Origin: Balanoglossus misakiensis
Taxonomy: Eukaryota > Animalia > Hemichordata
DNA: 64,000 bases
Reading direction: 5' to 3'
NCBI GenBank assembly: GCA_040954595.2
Contig: CM082577.2
Coordinates: 15,631,903-15,695,902 of the forward strand
Below the pieces are notes generated by a model, which did not search any database, was not told where the DNA came from, and was given only the letters and a program-made list of their open reading frames with translations. The position numbers and the translations under genes were made by a program. Of the stretch, positions 34,766 to 48,800 are shown one piece after another. Each line of letters opens with the position of its first letter. Position 1 is the first letter of the stretch.

Positions 34766-35445
34766 TTTAATGATAAGTGAAACGCAATATCATCTTGTGT
34801 GCGCTTAGTTGCTGTTGCCGTTAGGGCCAACACTTTAGCCTTGGGGAAAAGAGCGCGCAAGTCTTTCAAATGCCGAAAAGACGGAAGGAAATCATTTCCC
34901 CAGGAAACAACACAATGGGCTTCATCCACAACAATGTGAGACACTCTGCTCTGATTCCGCATTGCTCTAAATATATGAGGTTGAAGGATGTGTTCAGGAT
35001 GCGAAAGCACATACGTGTAGTTGCATGCCTGGAAATCTCGCAATGAAGGGTTTAACGTAGACGTAACTTCCACGCTATCAACAAACCTCTGGCTCTGTTC
35101 TCGAATAATTGCGTTTAGCGGAGAAATTATAATAATCGTGCTGCTCGGGCTGTCTCCGTTCATTCCAAAGTAGGGAAGAGACTCAAATATGAGGGTTTTC
35201 CCGTAGCCTGTTGGCAGGACACCAATACAATCACCATCAAACGATGCCTTCAGACACTCTAGTTGTTTGGGCTTGTATCCATAGTACGGTACAGACTTCT
35301 TCTTGTTCAGGTTTGCCAAATCATATTTACTTTGGTGCACACATTTCAACTTCGCGGTTAATAGCGCCATGTTTTTTTTACTTTTTGCCTCGAAAATGTT
35401 GGGAATAACTTTTGGCCAATCACAATGCTCGTATTTATTGACCAA
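34705..35445 (-). pseudogene. RecQ-family helicase N-terminal domain, intronless, 3'-truncated (TE-associated type)
   Basis: KPKQLECL, LPTGYGKT, ISPLNAII, HPE, VVDEAHCVVSWGNDF, LALTATAT. Confidence 0.85.
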
Positions 35446-35864
35446 TGAGAGCCATGTTTACAATAGGCCTTGCCTGACCCTTTCCCTTTAGCGTAGCCAG
35501 CCAGCGGTGGGATTGGGGCAGGAGACCAGACTAGCCAGGGAGCACTTGTCGTCTGCGCTGCGATATTTACCATCAATATCATAAGTTCGTTGAATTGTCA
35601 TCACGTACTTTAATCCGTTTGTCTTATTATCAACCCGTTCCCACTATTTCAAAATTTCATATCCCACCAAATAAATGTTCTAGTAAACATATAGTGAAAA
35701 TAAAAACCATTCAAGCAATACCCAGCGGCAACCGTGGAACTTCCCGCCAAATTATTAAATTAAATTGAAATTAGTAAATAACCTTAAATCTTTTCGTAGG
35801 ATTTCGTTTTATTTTCAAAAGGTTCTCTTAGGACTAAACCAGATACATGCTGGTAATCACTTAC

Positions 35865-36098
35865 CTGCAAACAGGCCCATGAATGAAGGGTGATTGACTC
35901 ACATTCCCTGAAGTTTAATGTTGCTATCCCAGTTGACGCTTTTGCGTAAATCTTCTTTGACTTTGAGTATTTTTTGAAAATTTCTTTGACTAGTGTTGTC
36001 TTACCAGTCCCGGCCTGGCCTGTTATAATACTATTGTGGCCTCCTTCTACTAAACGGAAGACACCATGACCTGCGCGTACGCTCCGGCGCGTGTCCAA
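35865..36098 (-). pseudogene. Pif1-family helicase N-terminal exon
   Basis: GHNSIITGQAGTGKT (Walker A), ASTGIAT, ITLHSWA, then a GTAAGT donor; in-frame stop upstream at about 36117. Confidence 0.75.
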
Positions 36099-36721
36099 CG
36101 CGTCTCCGTTTTGGGTCTAAATGGTGATTGCTTTACCCATGATCCATTTGCAACAGTCTCCATGGAGATCGTGTAACAGGGGGTTCAAAGGTTAATATCT
36201 ACCAACTTCATTAGAGGGATGTCGTCGACATGCACCAACGTGCATGTCGGTGCGGTAAGAGGATGTAAATGATTGGGGTTTCGACATATTTAACTAAAAA
36301 AAAAAAACGCTGTGTATTGTATAAAATGCCAAAGTGAATCATTTGTTTTACGCCCCCGCGCGTAAATTTCCGAATTTTATGAGAGAATTTTTTTCATAAG
36401 TTGTAGTAGACAATCATACCGAAAGTTAGACAGGTCATTACATGAATATGCCCATCATTGTAGGCATCGGAGTGGTCACTAAATATATACCTTTTTATCA
36501 AGTCTATAATACCCTAAAGCGTATATTCTGTGTATATAGTATTTGCGATACTGCATCTATTTTTATTAAGTTCCACACAAGGTGATAAGTTGTTAAAAGC
36601 TAAACAAAAACTGAGATACATGTACTTTCTTAACCAACAAACCCATTACCATAGTTAAAAGACGAAAAAAACTTAATTGTTTGCAATTAAATACAGCAAA
36701 TCATTTCTTTTTCTCTTCCAG

Positions 36722-38389
36722 GAAGAAATCGACTCTATCGAGAAATGTCTTCGTGTCGCGGATATCCTCAAGGCAATGCCAGGTCTACCCAGCAATATGG
36801 TAAGTATTATTTTGGCCATGGTACAAAATGCCAGCGTCGCGCCGAATGTCAGGAGATGGGACAAGGGGACCATTATGTTCGCACTACATTTATGGCATAC
36901 GTCACCACAGGCCTATGAAGATATTAGAGCAAATGGCCAACTAATTTTGCCATCCTCGCGACTTCTTCAATCTTATAAGAATATTGTTCACCAAAAACCT
37001 GGCATCAACGAGGAGGTGCTTCAATGGATGAAGCAGACGGCCATTCAAAAGGAGGTGCCGCAGTCGGGCTTCAGGGGCGGTATAAATTTTGATGAAATGG
37101 CCATCCAAGAAGATCTCCAGTTAGACTCGACAGGAGGGCACAACATGTTGGTTGGAGGGGTTGACTTGGGAGAGGTTTGCGCGAATATGGACACCATTAG
37201 GCATGGGCAAAAGAAGGTGGAGCTGGCCAGTCAATCTCTCCAATTTGAGTTTCCTGGATTCACTGGGTTTACTTTCCCCTTCGCCCATTTCCCGACGCGA
37301 AAGACCCAGGCGTATCACCTGTATGATTTATTTTGGAGAGCTGTGGACAAGCTTTTGGATTTGGGTTTTTACACCGATTTCGTAATGTTTGACGGCGCAT
37401 CGTCCAATCGTTCATTCCTGAAACTACACTTTGACGACAATCCTTTGGATTACCAAATGCAGGCACCAAACCGATTTACACCTGGAGACTCTATCATCTT
37501 CTGTGTAGATCTAAAACACGTCATAAAGCGACTCCGAAATAACGTCCTAAAAAGTGGGTTGGGAGAGGGTTACACAAGGTATTTACAGTGGGGTGGGTAC
37601 ATCATACAGTGGCAGCACTGGTGAGATACCTACCAGTGGGACAAGAACGTAAACCGTGAAATGTATCGGGTAAATCATAGACTTACACAGGAACACATCT
37701 ACCCCAGTGTGTCGAGCAAAATGAGAAATCATTTGGCCGAACAAACTCTCGACAAAGAGATGCTCAACCACATGAGGAGTTACAAAGCAACCCTGTCTGA
37801 CGGCAGCCACCTAACGGGCACGATTGAATTTCTGCGACAAACCAGCAAAATTGTCTCGTTCTTCGGTGATGACCGGGAAGTAAGGTGCGTCGACGATGCA
37901 CGTCTTTTGGAAATGGCAGCAACGAAGAGTTGGTTTATATCGTGGACCGGGAAGTAAGGTGCGTCGACGATGCACGTCTTTTGGAAATGGCAGCAACGAA
38001 GAGTTGGTTTATATCGTGGCAGGAAGACGTGCTTTCTAACCCCAACCTCACAAATTGAGAGAAATCAAGACGGCTGATGTCAAGTGAGACCAGGGAGGAC
38101 GTTGTGTTCAGTATAACGGCTGTGTTAGAATTGTGTAAAAACGTGCCAGGAAATCAATGACAACGCTTCCAAGCCGTCTTAACAGCGATGTTGTTGAACA
38201 TTTTTCTGCCAGCAGAGGTCAACACACAACGGGGCTAACACCAACACATCTTACTTGCAGTACACAAAAGGTGTGAACAGCATCGCCTTGGTGGGGAGCA
38301 GTCGCACATCAGCGAAAAAATCTAACGCGGGCAGCAAGTACGCGGTACCGTACGACATTGGGAAACCACCAAAACCTCGAAAAGTCTAA
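36722..38389 (+). pseudogene. P-element superfamily (THAP9-like) transposase
   Basis: SPQAYE..LILPSSRLL, FDEMAIQEDL, PFAHFP, FDGASSNR, DLKHVIKRLRNN, KMRNHLAEQ, RLNSDVVE..CQQR; TGA at 37622, 74-bp tandem duplication (37871-37944/37945-38018), further frameshifts; acceptor at 36721. Confidence 0.85.
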
Positions 38390-38754
38390 GGTAAAGTCTG
38401 ACTTTTATATGGGCAACACCCCTTGGCGTGCACAGAGATCACGTGATTTTCATGGACCAATCAGGTGTCGGGTTGTCTTCAGGAGCCTTTGCGGTCAAAG
38501 GTTAAATGTTTCACCTGATTTTTGAGGTGATTTCGGTTAGCGTCCCTCGGGGGTAATAAACGGCTGCTATGGCCCGCATGGCAGGCAATAGGTGTTCATT
38601 ATTACACCTCACTCTGTATTCCGTACTCTTGATTGGCTGAGACCGTACCACGTGACATAGAAAAAAACGTGATATTACATGGTTGACATAGTATATGGCC
38701 CGTAGGTAGGGGCTACGGGCCGGGGATACGCGCGCGGTGTGAGTATATTGCCGG

Positions 38755-38823
38755 TGTTGTGCCGAATTCGGCCACATGCCGAATACGTCCCGCGCATGCC
38801 TTGACAAACAAGCGTGATTTCTA
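38755..38823 (+). repeat. Ginger1 left TIR
   Basis: tgttgtgccgaattcggccacatgccgaatacgtcccgcgcatgccttgacaaacaa. Confidence 0.9.
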
Positions 38824-39840
38824 TTCAGAAAACGGCCCTGCCGGTGCCTGGCATAATCCCTGGCGTAAAACAGCTCAGCCTGGGCATAAACGTACCGATC
38901 CTCGCAATCAAATTTAACCAGATGTAACTGTACATACACACGACGTGTCGACCACCGCGCCGGTGCGTGCTTGGCGACAGTACGTGGTCGAGCAAGCGAC
39001 AAGTGGGAGCGGAAGCAACGCTGTGTGGCTGAGCGATGAGCTGGCAAATCCAAGGTTGAGGACGAGGTAGGTACAGATAAATTGTAAAAACGTATCTGAA
39101 TTAGGGGTGTTTGTGGCGCTAAGGCAGGGACTGTGGTTATTATATGTCACAGTAGTTTGCAAAACCAGTTTTTCATCTAACACACAAACCACGTCTGGTT
39201 TTGCCGTCTAACAAACAAATGAAGGCAAAACCTCGAGCTTCAGAACTGCAGCTAAGAAATGCTTGGATCGTGTGACACATTTACGGGTGTGGCTTACGCT
39301 TGGTGACTTGTGAATTATAGGCGGTCACTTTCAATGTTTTGTTTTCATGGCGACCCTTCAACACGGTGGTGGGCGTTTCATTCAGTAATCGTCTTCCAGA
39401 ACAAAGCATTTGAAGTGATAATGTTTTCCTTAATTAGCAATTAATCTACTGCAGTCTAAGAGATTGATCAGTCTGCTATCTGACAGTCCTCAGTGAACAT
39501 CGCTCTTAGATTCTCTTGATATCAGACTTCATTACCTGCTACCGCTGAGACTTACATTGCTGTGCATTGTGCTACAAACCAAGACTGAATTTTTGTTGAA
39601 GTTTTGTGTGGCTAAATCGATTTGCATTGTGTGCCATATTTGCTAGATGCCCTTTGTTCTTAACCTGTTTTGCCTTGTTGTGTGCTAAACTTGTTTTTAC
39701 CTCTGTGTTCCTAAATTGTTTAGCCTTTTGTGTGCCTAATTTGCTTTGCTTTGTGTACCAAAACTGTGTCTAAAGTACCAAACTATTTTATTGTTATTGT
39801 TTATTCACAATACTTAATGTTTTCTCATCCTCGAGCAATT

Positions 39841-42800
39841 ATGAGGGAAGTTTATAGCACTTTTGATGTCAAGGATTTTCTTTCTTCACAGAAGTACCCA
39901 TCTGTTTGCACTACTGGTGAGAAGCAGAAAAGTTTTCGGAAATATGCGGCAAAGTTTACTTTACAGGGTAAGTTATTTTATTTATTTCAGTTTCATTATT
40001 TTGATTTAGGAAAAGCATTTGCTAAATATGATTGCTTTGCCTTATGGGTTAAACACATTGTTGCCATAGTGTACTGTGATATGAAAAGTTCCTCTGATAA
40101 GGGCTGTACATGAAGAGTTCTTCCAAATCCTCTGATTTTTCTATTGTGAAAGTGCATGAAAGCCCCTGTACTCAAGTTTCTTATTGTGCAATTGCTTACC
40201 AAACATACCATCCTTGGATTAAAATCTGTGTTGCCTTTGCAAAATGTTGATCGTACAATCTTTGTCAGTGGATAAGATTCAGTCTGTCACATAAATATTT
40301 GACATGCATGACCAAAAAATGCTGAGAAACTTCTTTTATAATTTCATGATATCAAATCAAGATGCAAAATGTCTCCATTGATCTCATCAAAATTTGTGAC
40401 TATTATACCAAAGACCAAAATCAACCCACTGGCAAATATTTTTTTGTAAATATTCAACTTTTTGTTTGTCTCCAGTGTTTGAAACTTGTGTGCAGGTCAA
40501 ACTGATAAGCCTTATTACATAATTCATGATACAAACCATCCTCCATGTTGTGAGTTAGGAGGATTGTATAAAAATTGTCCAACTGCTTCTTTAGCCTTAA
40601 AATGTTATCTTCTGATTTCCTTGTCATGAAACTGCAATTATAAGTGAGACTCAAGTTTAATGGGCTGTATGCATGCAGTTCATTTGCCTTGAGAGGAACA
40701 ATCAAACGTATTGTTGACTTGTTACTATTCTGATTGTGATAATGATATAGTTCTCACACCTGTCCCCCCCCCCCCCACCCTTTTCTGTCTCTGCTTTGGG
40801 CATCATTTCATCAGCCAACCTTGTCAATTCCTCGCCTTCAGCCTTTGTTTAGTTGTCAACATTTAATTGAATGTGGGAGGTAAGTTACATTTTATTTTTA
40901 CCCCTTTTGTAATGAATAATTTCTGTTTGGCCAAACCATGCTTCAATGATCAAATGTTTATCTTGTCAACATGGTGTATGTATATGTAGTATTTTTTACA
41001 ATTAATTATAGTTATTTGGAGTCTCGGCTAAAATTCAAACCATGACAATAATATTGCACGTACACGGTTGCATGGTGTAATGATTTCCAGGCATTTAGAC
41101 ATGTCATAGGAAGTATAACAAGAATCTACAGTTCATTCATAGAAGACAATTGCAACAATGAGAACTTATGTTGACAGGCAGTGAATTGAGTCAATTTGAT
41201 GTCAGTGTCGGATAATTAGTTGTTGAATGGCACAACATCTAGACACCCACTAAGCCATGTGTAATATTGTTATAGGCCAGGTTCTTTGGTATGTTGGAAG
41301 CAATGGAGAAGAAGACCAATGGAGGAGAGTTCTATTCACTGATGAGGAGAAGAAACTGGTATTCCAACAATGCCATGATTCACCAATGGGGGCACATATT
41401 GGCAGGAAGAGATCCAAGAAGAAGATGGCATCAGTATGTTACTGGAGAGGCATGGATGCTGACATTGATCGTTGGGTAAGTTACACATTATATGTAGACT
41501 GCTGTATCTTGCCTTGGTAGTTGACAGTTTGGAAGTTTGATAAACACAAGAGCATCCGTGCATTCACTTCAAATCTTGTTATTATTTCTTTCAGATTGAT
41601 ACATGTGACAAATGTCAGCGGTTTGAGAAGGTAAAAACCATGGCACCTCAATTAAAACCGATAAAGGTGACACAACCTTGGCATCTGCTTGGTATGGATT
41701 TATTTGGTCCTCTGAAACCAACCAAGAATGGCTACCAGTATGTTTTGACAGTGACAGACTATTTTACAAAATGGCCAGAAGCATATCCACTCCGTTACAA
41801 AACTGCTACTGAGGTTGCTGCCTGTCTGGTTGACACCTTTTACAGGTAAGTTTGCATAGATTTTAGTTTTCTCCTATTTGTGCATACCCTGCTGTACATG
41901 TATTTTTAAATCTGTTCTCTTTTTTATAATCTGTATAATTAACACAGTCAAACTGATTCTATTTGTTGGCAGTTTACATAGTGTATTTTTTCTGAATATT
42001 TCAATCTATGTTCATAACTAATAACTTAACTCTGATGAAATACCATACAATTTTACACTTGATTGATTAGTTAACATCTATTTTTAATTGGCAGGTTCGG
42101 TATGCCATCAAGAATCATTTCGGATCAAGGAAGAGAATTCATAAATGAGGTTGGTAACAACATGTTCATTTTGTTCTGATATCCGAACTTCTCTATTTTT
42201 GGAGATTTGTTGGCCTTTTTTCTTTATTATCGATCACAAAATCTCTGAAACTGCTGGATCAATCGCTCTCAAATTTGGCATGATGTGTAAGGATGTTGTT
42301 CGTCATATTTGTTCAAATCAAAGTAAAAATAGCACTATCATATTTTGGGCCACTTTGTGTCATTTTTGGTCCAAAAATTATATTTATATGTACCATTTCT
42401 GATCAAATTGGATTACAGTGACCTCAATGTAATATTTATTTAGAGCTAAGTTTTAATTTTTAATTTTAGCATTTTCAACATAGGCTATTTTATCTCATCA
42501 CTTTCCTGTTTCCGTTGTTGTGATGGTGGTACATTCTTGCTGGTTTTCCCGAGTTGATAGTTCTAGTGCACATTTGCAGAGGGGACAGCTAGTTTTTCCA
42601 GACTTCCATCAGCAAGGCTACCAAACATGTATTGTTATAGTAACATATCAGTTGATACCAAGTCTATCCACACTTCTTTCATTCAATCACTAAAACAGAT
42701 TGGTCAATACACCCTGTCATTGTATCCCTCCACACCTTGCACATAAAATTAATCTATTGGTACAAGGTGTTAAGGGAATTAGTGATAAGGTGCATCAACT

Positions 42801-45800
42801 AATCTGTTCCAATTGTTGAATGAAAGAAGTGCGATTAGACTTGGTATCAACCATGGAGGTACCTCCATGGTATCTACTGATATGTTAAAATACCCTAATA
42901 ACACTGGCTGAAAATGAACATTTTTAATTACATTTAGAATTTCTATTCACTGGTCAGTGCAGCCAGAGTAATAGATTATGTCAGGTGTACATATGTGATA
43001 ATGAATTGTTCCCACTTTCAGGTAAATAAGAGGATTTTTGAGCTTGTTGGTATCGAGCACAGTGTTAGTGCTGCTTATCATCCTCAGACAAATGGACTGG
43101 ATGAAAAAACCAAACATACAGTAAAAACTGCGATTAGCAAGGTGGTAAACAAAAACCAAGATGACTGGGATGAATTCCTTAATTCTGTGATGTTTGGACT
43201 TCGCACTGCACAACAAACAACAACAAAGTATACACCATTCTATCTGATGTTTCATAGACGAGCAAAATTACCATTTGAGGTGAGTTGATATTGTCATGTG
43301 CAACACAAATGAATCAGTTTAATTAAACGTTTTTCAGCTTTTAACATGACATAATACTTGCAGCAGTATATAAATATGCTTTTGTAGGTATTATTACAAA
43401 CCATTATTTGTTTGCATTTGCTGGAACCTAGGTAGCCATGGTGTTTGTACATTAAGTAAAAATCCCAGTGTCAATGCAGCGACCTCCAGATTAAAGCTTG
43501 TAAATTGTTATTATTGTACAAAAGATTGGAGGCATTATTCAACACAATGTAAAAAATAATTTTATATTTTAAAGGGACAAAGTCTCGCTCTAACTGCCTT
43601 TTTTCCATTAATTATGTTTGATACAAGACACTGTTTGTGTTATTCAACATGTGGATATATAGTGAATCAATTACTTGAAAAGTACTTTATGAAGAACTTC
43701 TTCTTGTGATCCATGGAATGTGATGAATCATTATACATTTCGCATGTCCAGGTTGCACATTTACAGGAAGTGATGGGGGAAAAGTTTGATGTGGATGACA
43801 GAGAAAGGGATGAATACGTGGCTTGTATTGTAACAAAGATGTCAGAACTTCATGAAAAGGTATGTACTTATTTAATGAAATCTATTGAATGAGATAATTG
43901 GATTGTGAAATTGAGATATTAAGACCACCTTTGATGCTGATATGACATGGCAGTGTTTCAATTGGTTACCCACCAAACTGTACATAGGTGAGAAGGAGTG
44001 AAAGTCAGTATTGTTAGCTAGGAACATGAACCAAAGTGAAACAAATATGCAAAGAAAATGTTTTGATGTGTTCACAATTTGCGTTCTTTGTAAAGCTGTT
44101 GGGGATTCAAAAATTACTATTGTTCGAAATCAATCCATCCATCCATCCATACATACATACATACATACATACACATAAACTCAGTGAAACTAATTACAAG
44201 GCCATTCTTCTCTCAAATGTAAAGGTGTTATCAAATATTGAAATTGCTCAAGAGAAGCAGAAAACGCAGTACAAGGAGAGTCATAGTAAAAGGGTGAAGA
44301 CATTTCATTTCAGTCCTGGTGACAAGGTTCTTCACTTAAATGCCCAAAAACAAGGTCGCCAGGGTGGGAAAATGGATGCTGAATGGTTGGGTCCATATAT
44401 GTAAGTTCAATTTCTGGTTCTACTCATTAAAAATGTAAAAATGTAAAGTATAAACAAAGAAGGCACATGGGAATGCTATAAGTAATATTTGAATTTTTGT
44501 ATTGAATCGGTAAATTTACATTGTTGCCAATATATATATCAGTTCTGTCACAATAGTGGTGTGCACACAGGGGTTCTCACGTTTGTTGGTGGTGTCTTCA
44601 CACAATATTGGTGACATAGCAGTATATCCTCTATTTTGATTAAGCAAATTGAAAACAGCACAGTACTCAATTTACTGTAATAATTGTCAAGCATTACAGT
44701 TATCTGACTCATTACTTATTTGACCATAGTATTCCGAGGACAGTTTCTTTACCAGGTCTCATATATTTTTTTATCCTACTTTTATTTGTTATACATTGTA
44801 ACAAAGATGTGTTTTCTTGTTTCTTCTTACAGAATTGATGATATAACAAACAGGAATACAATCAAACTAGTGGATTTCAAGACTGGTAGGAAATTGGCAA
44901 AAGGAGTGTCATATAGCCATTTAAAGCCATACAAGGAACAGCAAACTCCAGATACCATCACCCTCCAAGAAGAAGAACTTCCATCCCTCTTAACAAGTCT
45001 ATCACCAGTATCGCAGCCAACAACCAACCCACCACCAGTATCGCAGCCAACAACCAACCCACCACCAGTATCGCAGCCAACAACCAACCCACCACCAGTA
45101 TCGCAGCCAACACCCAACCCACCACCAGTATCGCAACCAACAATCAACCCACCACCAGTATCGCAGCCAACACCCAACCCACCACCAGTATCGCAACCAA
45201 CACCCAACCCACCACCAGTATCGCAGCCAACACCCAACCCACCACCAGTATTGCAACCAACACCCAACCCACCACCAGTATCGCAACCAACACCCAACCC
45301 ACCACCAGTATCGCAGCCAACAACCAACCCACCACCAGTATCGCAGCCAACAACCAACCCACCACCAGTATCGCAACCAACACCCAACCCACCACCAGTA
45401 TCGCAGCCAACACCCAACCCACCACCAGTATCGCAGCCAACAACCAACCCACCACCAGTATCGCAGCCAACACCCAACCCACCACCAGTATCGCGGCCAA
45501 CACCCAACCCACCACCAGTATCGCAGCCAACAACCAACCCACCACCAGTATCGCAGCCAACACCCAACCCACCACCAGTATCGCAACCAACAATCAACCC
45601 ACCACCAGTATCGCAGCCAACACCCAACCCACCACCAGTATCGCAGCCAACACCCAACCCACCACCAGTATCGCAGCCAACACCCAACCCACCACCAGTA
45701 TCGCAACCAACACCCAACCCACCACCAGTATCGCGGCCAACACCCAACCCACCACCAGTATCGCAACCAACAATCAACCCACCACCAGTATCGCGGCCAA

Positions 45801-48800
45801 CACCCAACCCACCACCAGTATCGCAGCCAACACCCAACCCACCACCAGTATCGCAGCCAACACCCAACCCACCACCAGTATCGCAACCAACACCCAACCC
45901 ACCACCAGTATCGCGGCCAACACCCAACCCACCACCAGTATCGCAACCAACACCCAACCCACCACCAGTATCGCGGCCAACACCCAACCCACCACCAGTA
46001 TCGCAGCCAACAACCAACCCACCACCAGTATCGCAGCCAACACCCAACCCACCACCAGTATCGCAACCAACAATCAACCCACCACCAGTATCGCAGCCAA
46101 CACCCAACCCACCACCAGTATCGCAGCCAACACCCAACCCACCACCAGTATCGCAGCCAACACCCAACCCACCACCAGTATCGCAACCAACACCCAACCC
46201 ACCACCAGTATCGCGGCCAACACCCAACCCACCACCAGTATCGCAACCAACACCCAACCCACCACCAGTATCGCAACCAACAATCAACCCACCACCAGTA
46301 TCGCAGCCAACACCCAACCCACCACCAGTATCGCAGCCAACACCCAACCCACCACCAGTATCGCAGCCAACACCCAACCCACCACCAGTATCGCAACCAA
46401 CACCCAACCCACCACCAGTATCGCAGCCAACACCCAACCCACCACCAGTATCGCGGCCAACACCCAACCCACCACCAGTATCGCAGCCAACAACCAACCC
46501 ACCACCAGTATCGCAGCCAACACCCAACCCACCACCAGTATCGCAACCAACAATCAACCCACCACCAGTATCGCAGCCAACACCCAACCCACCACCAGTA
46601 TCGCAGCCAACACCCAACCCACCACCAGTATCGCAGCCAACACCCAACCCACCACCAGTATCGCAACCAACACCCAACCCACCACCAGTATCGCAGCCAA
46701 CACCCAACCCACCACCAGTATCGCAACCAACAATCAACCCACCACCAGTATCGCAGCCAACACCCAACCCACCACCAGTATCGCAGCCAACACCCAACCC
46801 ACCACCAGTATCGCAGCCAACACCCAACCCACCACCAGTATCGCAGCCAACACCCAACCCACCACCAGTATCGCGGCCAACACCCAACCCACCACCAGTA
46901 TCGCAGCCAACAACCAACCCACCACCAGTATCGCAGCCAACACCCAACCCACCACCAGTATCGCAACCAACAATCAACCCACCACCAGTATCGCAGCCAA
47001 CACCCAACCCACCACCAGTATCGCAACCAACAATCAACCCACCACCAGTATCGCAGCCAACACCCAACCCACCACCAGTATCGCAACCAACACCCAACCC
47101 ACCACCAGTATCGCAGCCAACACCCAACCCACCACCAGTATTGCAACCAACACCCAACCCACCACCAGTATCGCAACCAACACCCAACCCACCACCAGTA
47201 TCGCAGCCAACAACCAACCCACCACCAGTATCGCAGCCAACAACCAACCCACCACCAGTATCGCAACCAACACCCAACCCACCACCAGTATCGCAGCCAA
47301 CACCCAACCCACCACCAGTATCGCAGCCAACAACCAACCCACCACCAGTATCGCAGCCAACACCCAACCCACCACCAGTATCGCGGCCAACACCCAACCC
47401 ACCACCAGTATCGCAGCCAACAACCAACCCACCACCAGTATCGCAGCCAACACCCAACCCACCACCAGTATCGCAACCAACAATCAACCCACCACCAGTA
47501 TCGCAGCCAACACCCAACCCACCACCAGTATCGCAGCCAACACCCAACCCACCACCAGTATCGCAGCCAACACCCAACCCACCACCAGTATCGCAACCAA
47601 CACCCAACCCACCACCAGTATCGCAGCCAACACCCAACCCACCACCAGTATCGCAACCAACAATCAACCCACCACCAGTATCGCAGCCAACACCCAACCC
47701 ACCACCAGTATCGCAACCAACACCCAACCCACCACCAGTATCGCAGCCAACACCCAACCCACCACCAGTATCGCAGCCAACACCCAACCCACCACCAGTA
47801 TCGCAACCAACACCCAACCCACCACCAGTATCGCAGCCAACACCCAACCCACCACCAGTATCGCAACCAACACCCAACCCACCACCAGTATCGCAGCCAA
47901 CACCCAACCCACCACCAGTATCGCAGCCAACACCCAACCCACCACCAGTATCGCAACCAACACCCAACCCACCACCAGTATCGCAGCCAACACCCAACCC
48001 ACCACCAGTATCGCAGCCAACACCCAACCCACCACCAGTATCGCAACCAACATCCAACCCACCACCAGTATCGCGGCCAACAACCAACCCACCACCAGTA
48101 TCGCAGCCAACACCCAACCCACCACCAGTATCACAGCCACCAGTCAAGCCGTTAAAACCCTCAAAGAGTCAAAATCAATACATCAGTGCCATGAAGAAAA
48201 TTTTATCATCAAGAGCTGATTGGCTGAACTGTGACATAATCAATCACAGCCAGTACCTAATGCAGCAGCAGTATCCGATTATTGATGGTTTACAGGACAT
48301 TAGTGTAATAACTGCAGGTGTCTTTGTCGGAACTCCTAAGAGAGAATTTATTCAAATTTTGAACATTACTAAAAATCACTGTGTTGTAGCGTCTAACTTA
48401 AACTGTCCAGTTGGAACCGTTAAACTGTATGATTCTACGTCACCTTCTATAGACCAAAGTGCAATAAAGTCATTAGCATGGATGTTGTACCACAGTGGTC
48501 CCACCATTAAAGTTTTCTGGCCTGATGTACACCAACAGATTGGTGCATCAGACTGTGGTTTGTTTGCTGTGGCTAATGCTCTTGCACTTTGTGCTGGTGC
48601 TGATCCAGCAGACATAACCTGGGACCAGGAAAGCATGCGCTCTCATTTGAGTAATTGTTTTGATAAAGGCAAACTTAGCCCTTTTCCAGTAAGTGAAGTA
48701 CACCATAGAAAATGTTTACCCCCAAAAATGACCTCAATACGCATTTTTTGTCATTGTAGACAACCTTATGACCCTTATGACAAAGAGTCATTAATGGTCC

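Noticed and set aside
34705-35445. Host WRN/BLM/RECQL gene
   Set aside because: Intronless, minimal N-terminus, truncated and embedded among TE fragments
39841-44400. LTR retrotransposon integrase or host GIN1 gene
   Set aside because: No RT, gag or LTR; bounded by TIRs and a CCGG TSD, so it is assigned to Ginger1
44720-44832. N-terminus of the 1412-aa ORF as a start or signal peptide
   Set aside because: This is intronic polypyrimidine sequence; the acceptor at 44832 links in phase to the upstream exon
44827-48147. Long minus-strand ORFs (GGGLGVGCDT)n, (RYWWWVGCWL)n and (AILVVGWVL)n
   Set aside because: Shadow frames of the stop-poor 30-bp repeat; only the + frame joins recognisable domains
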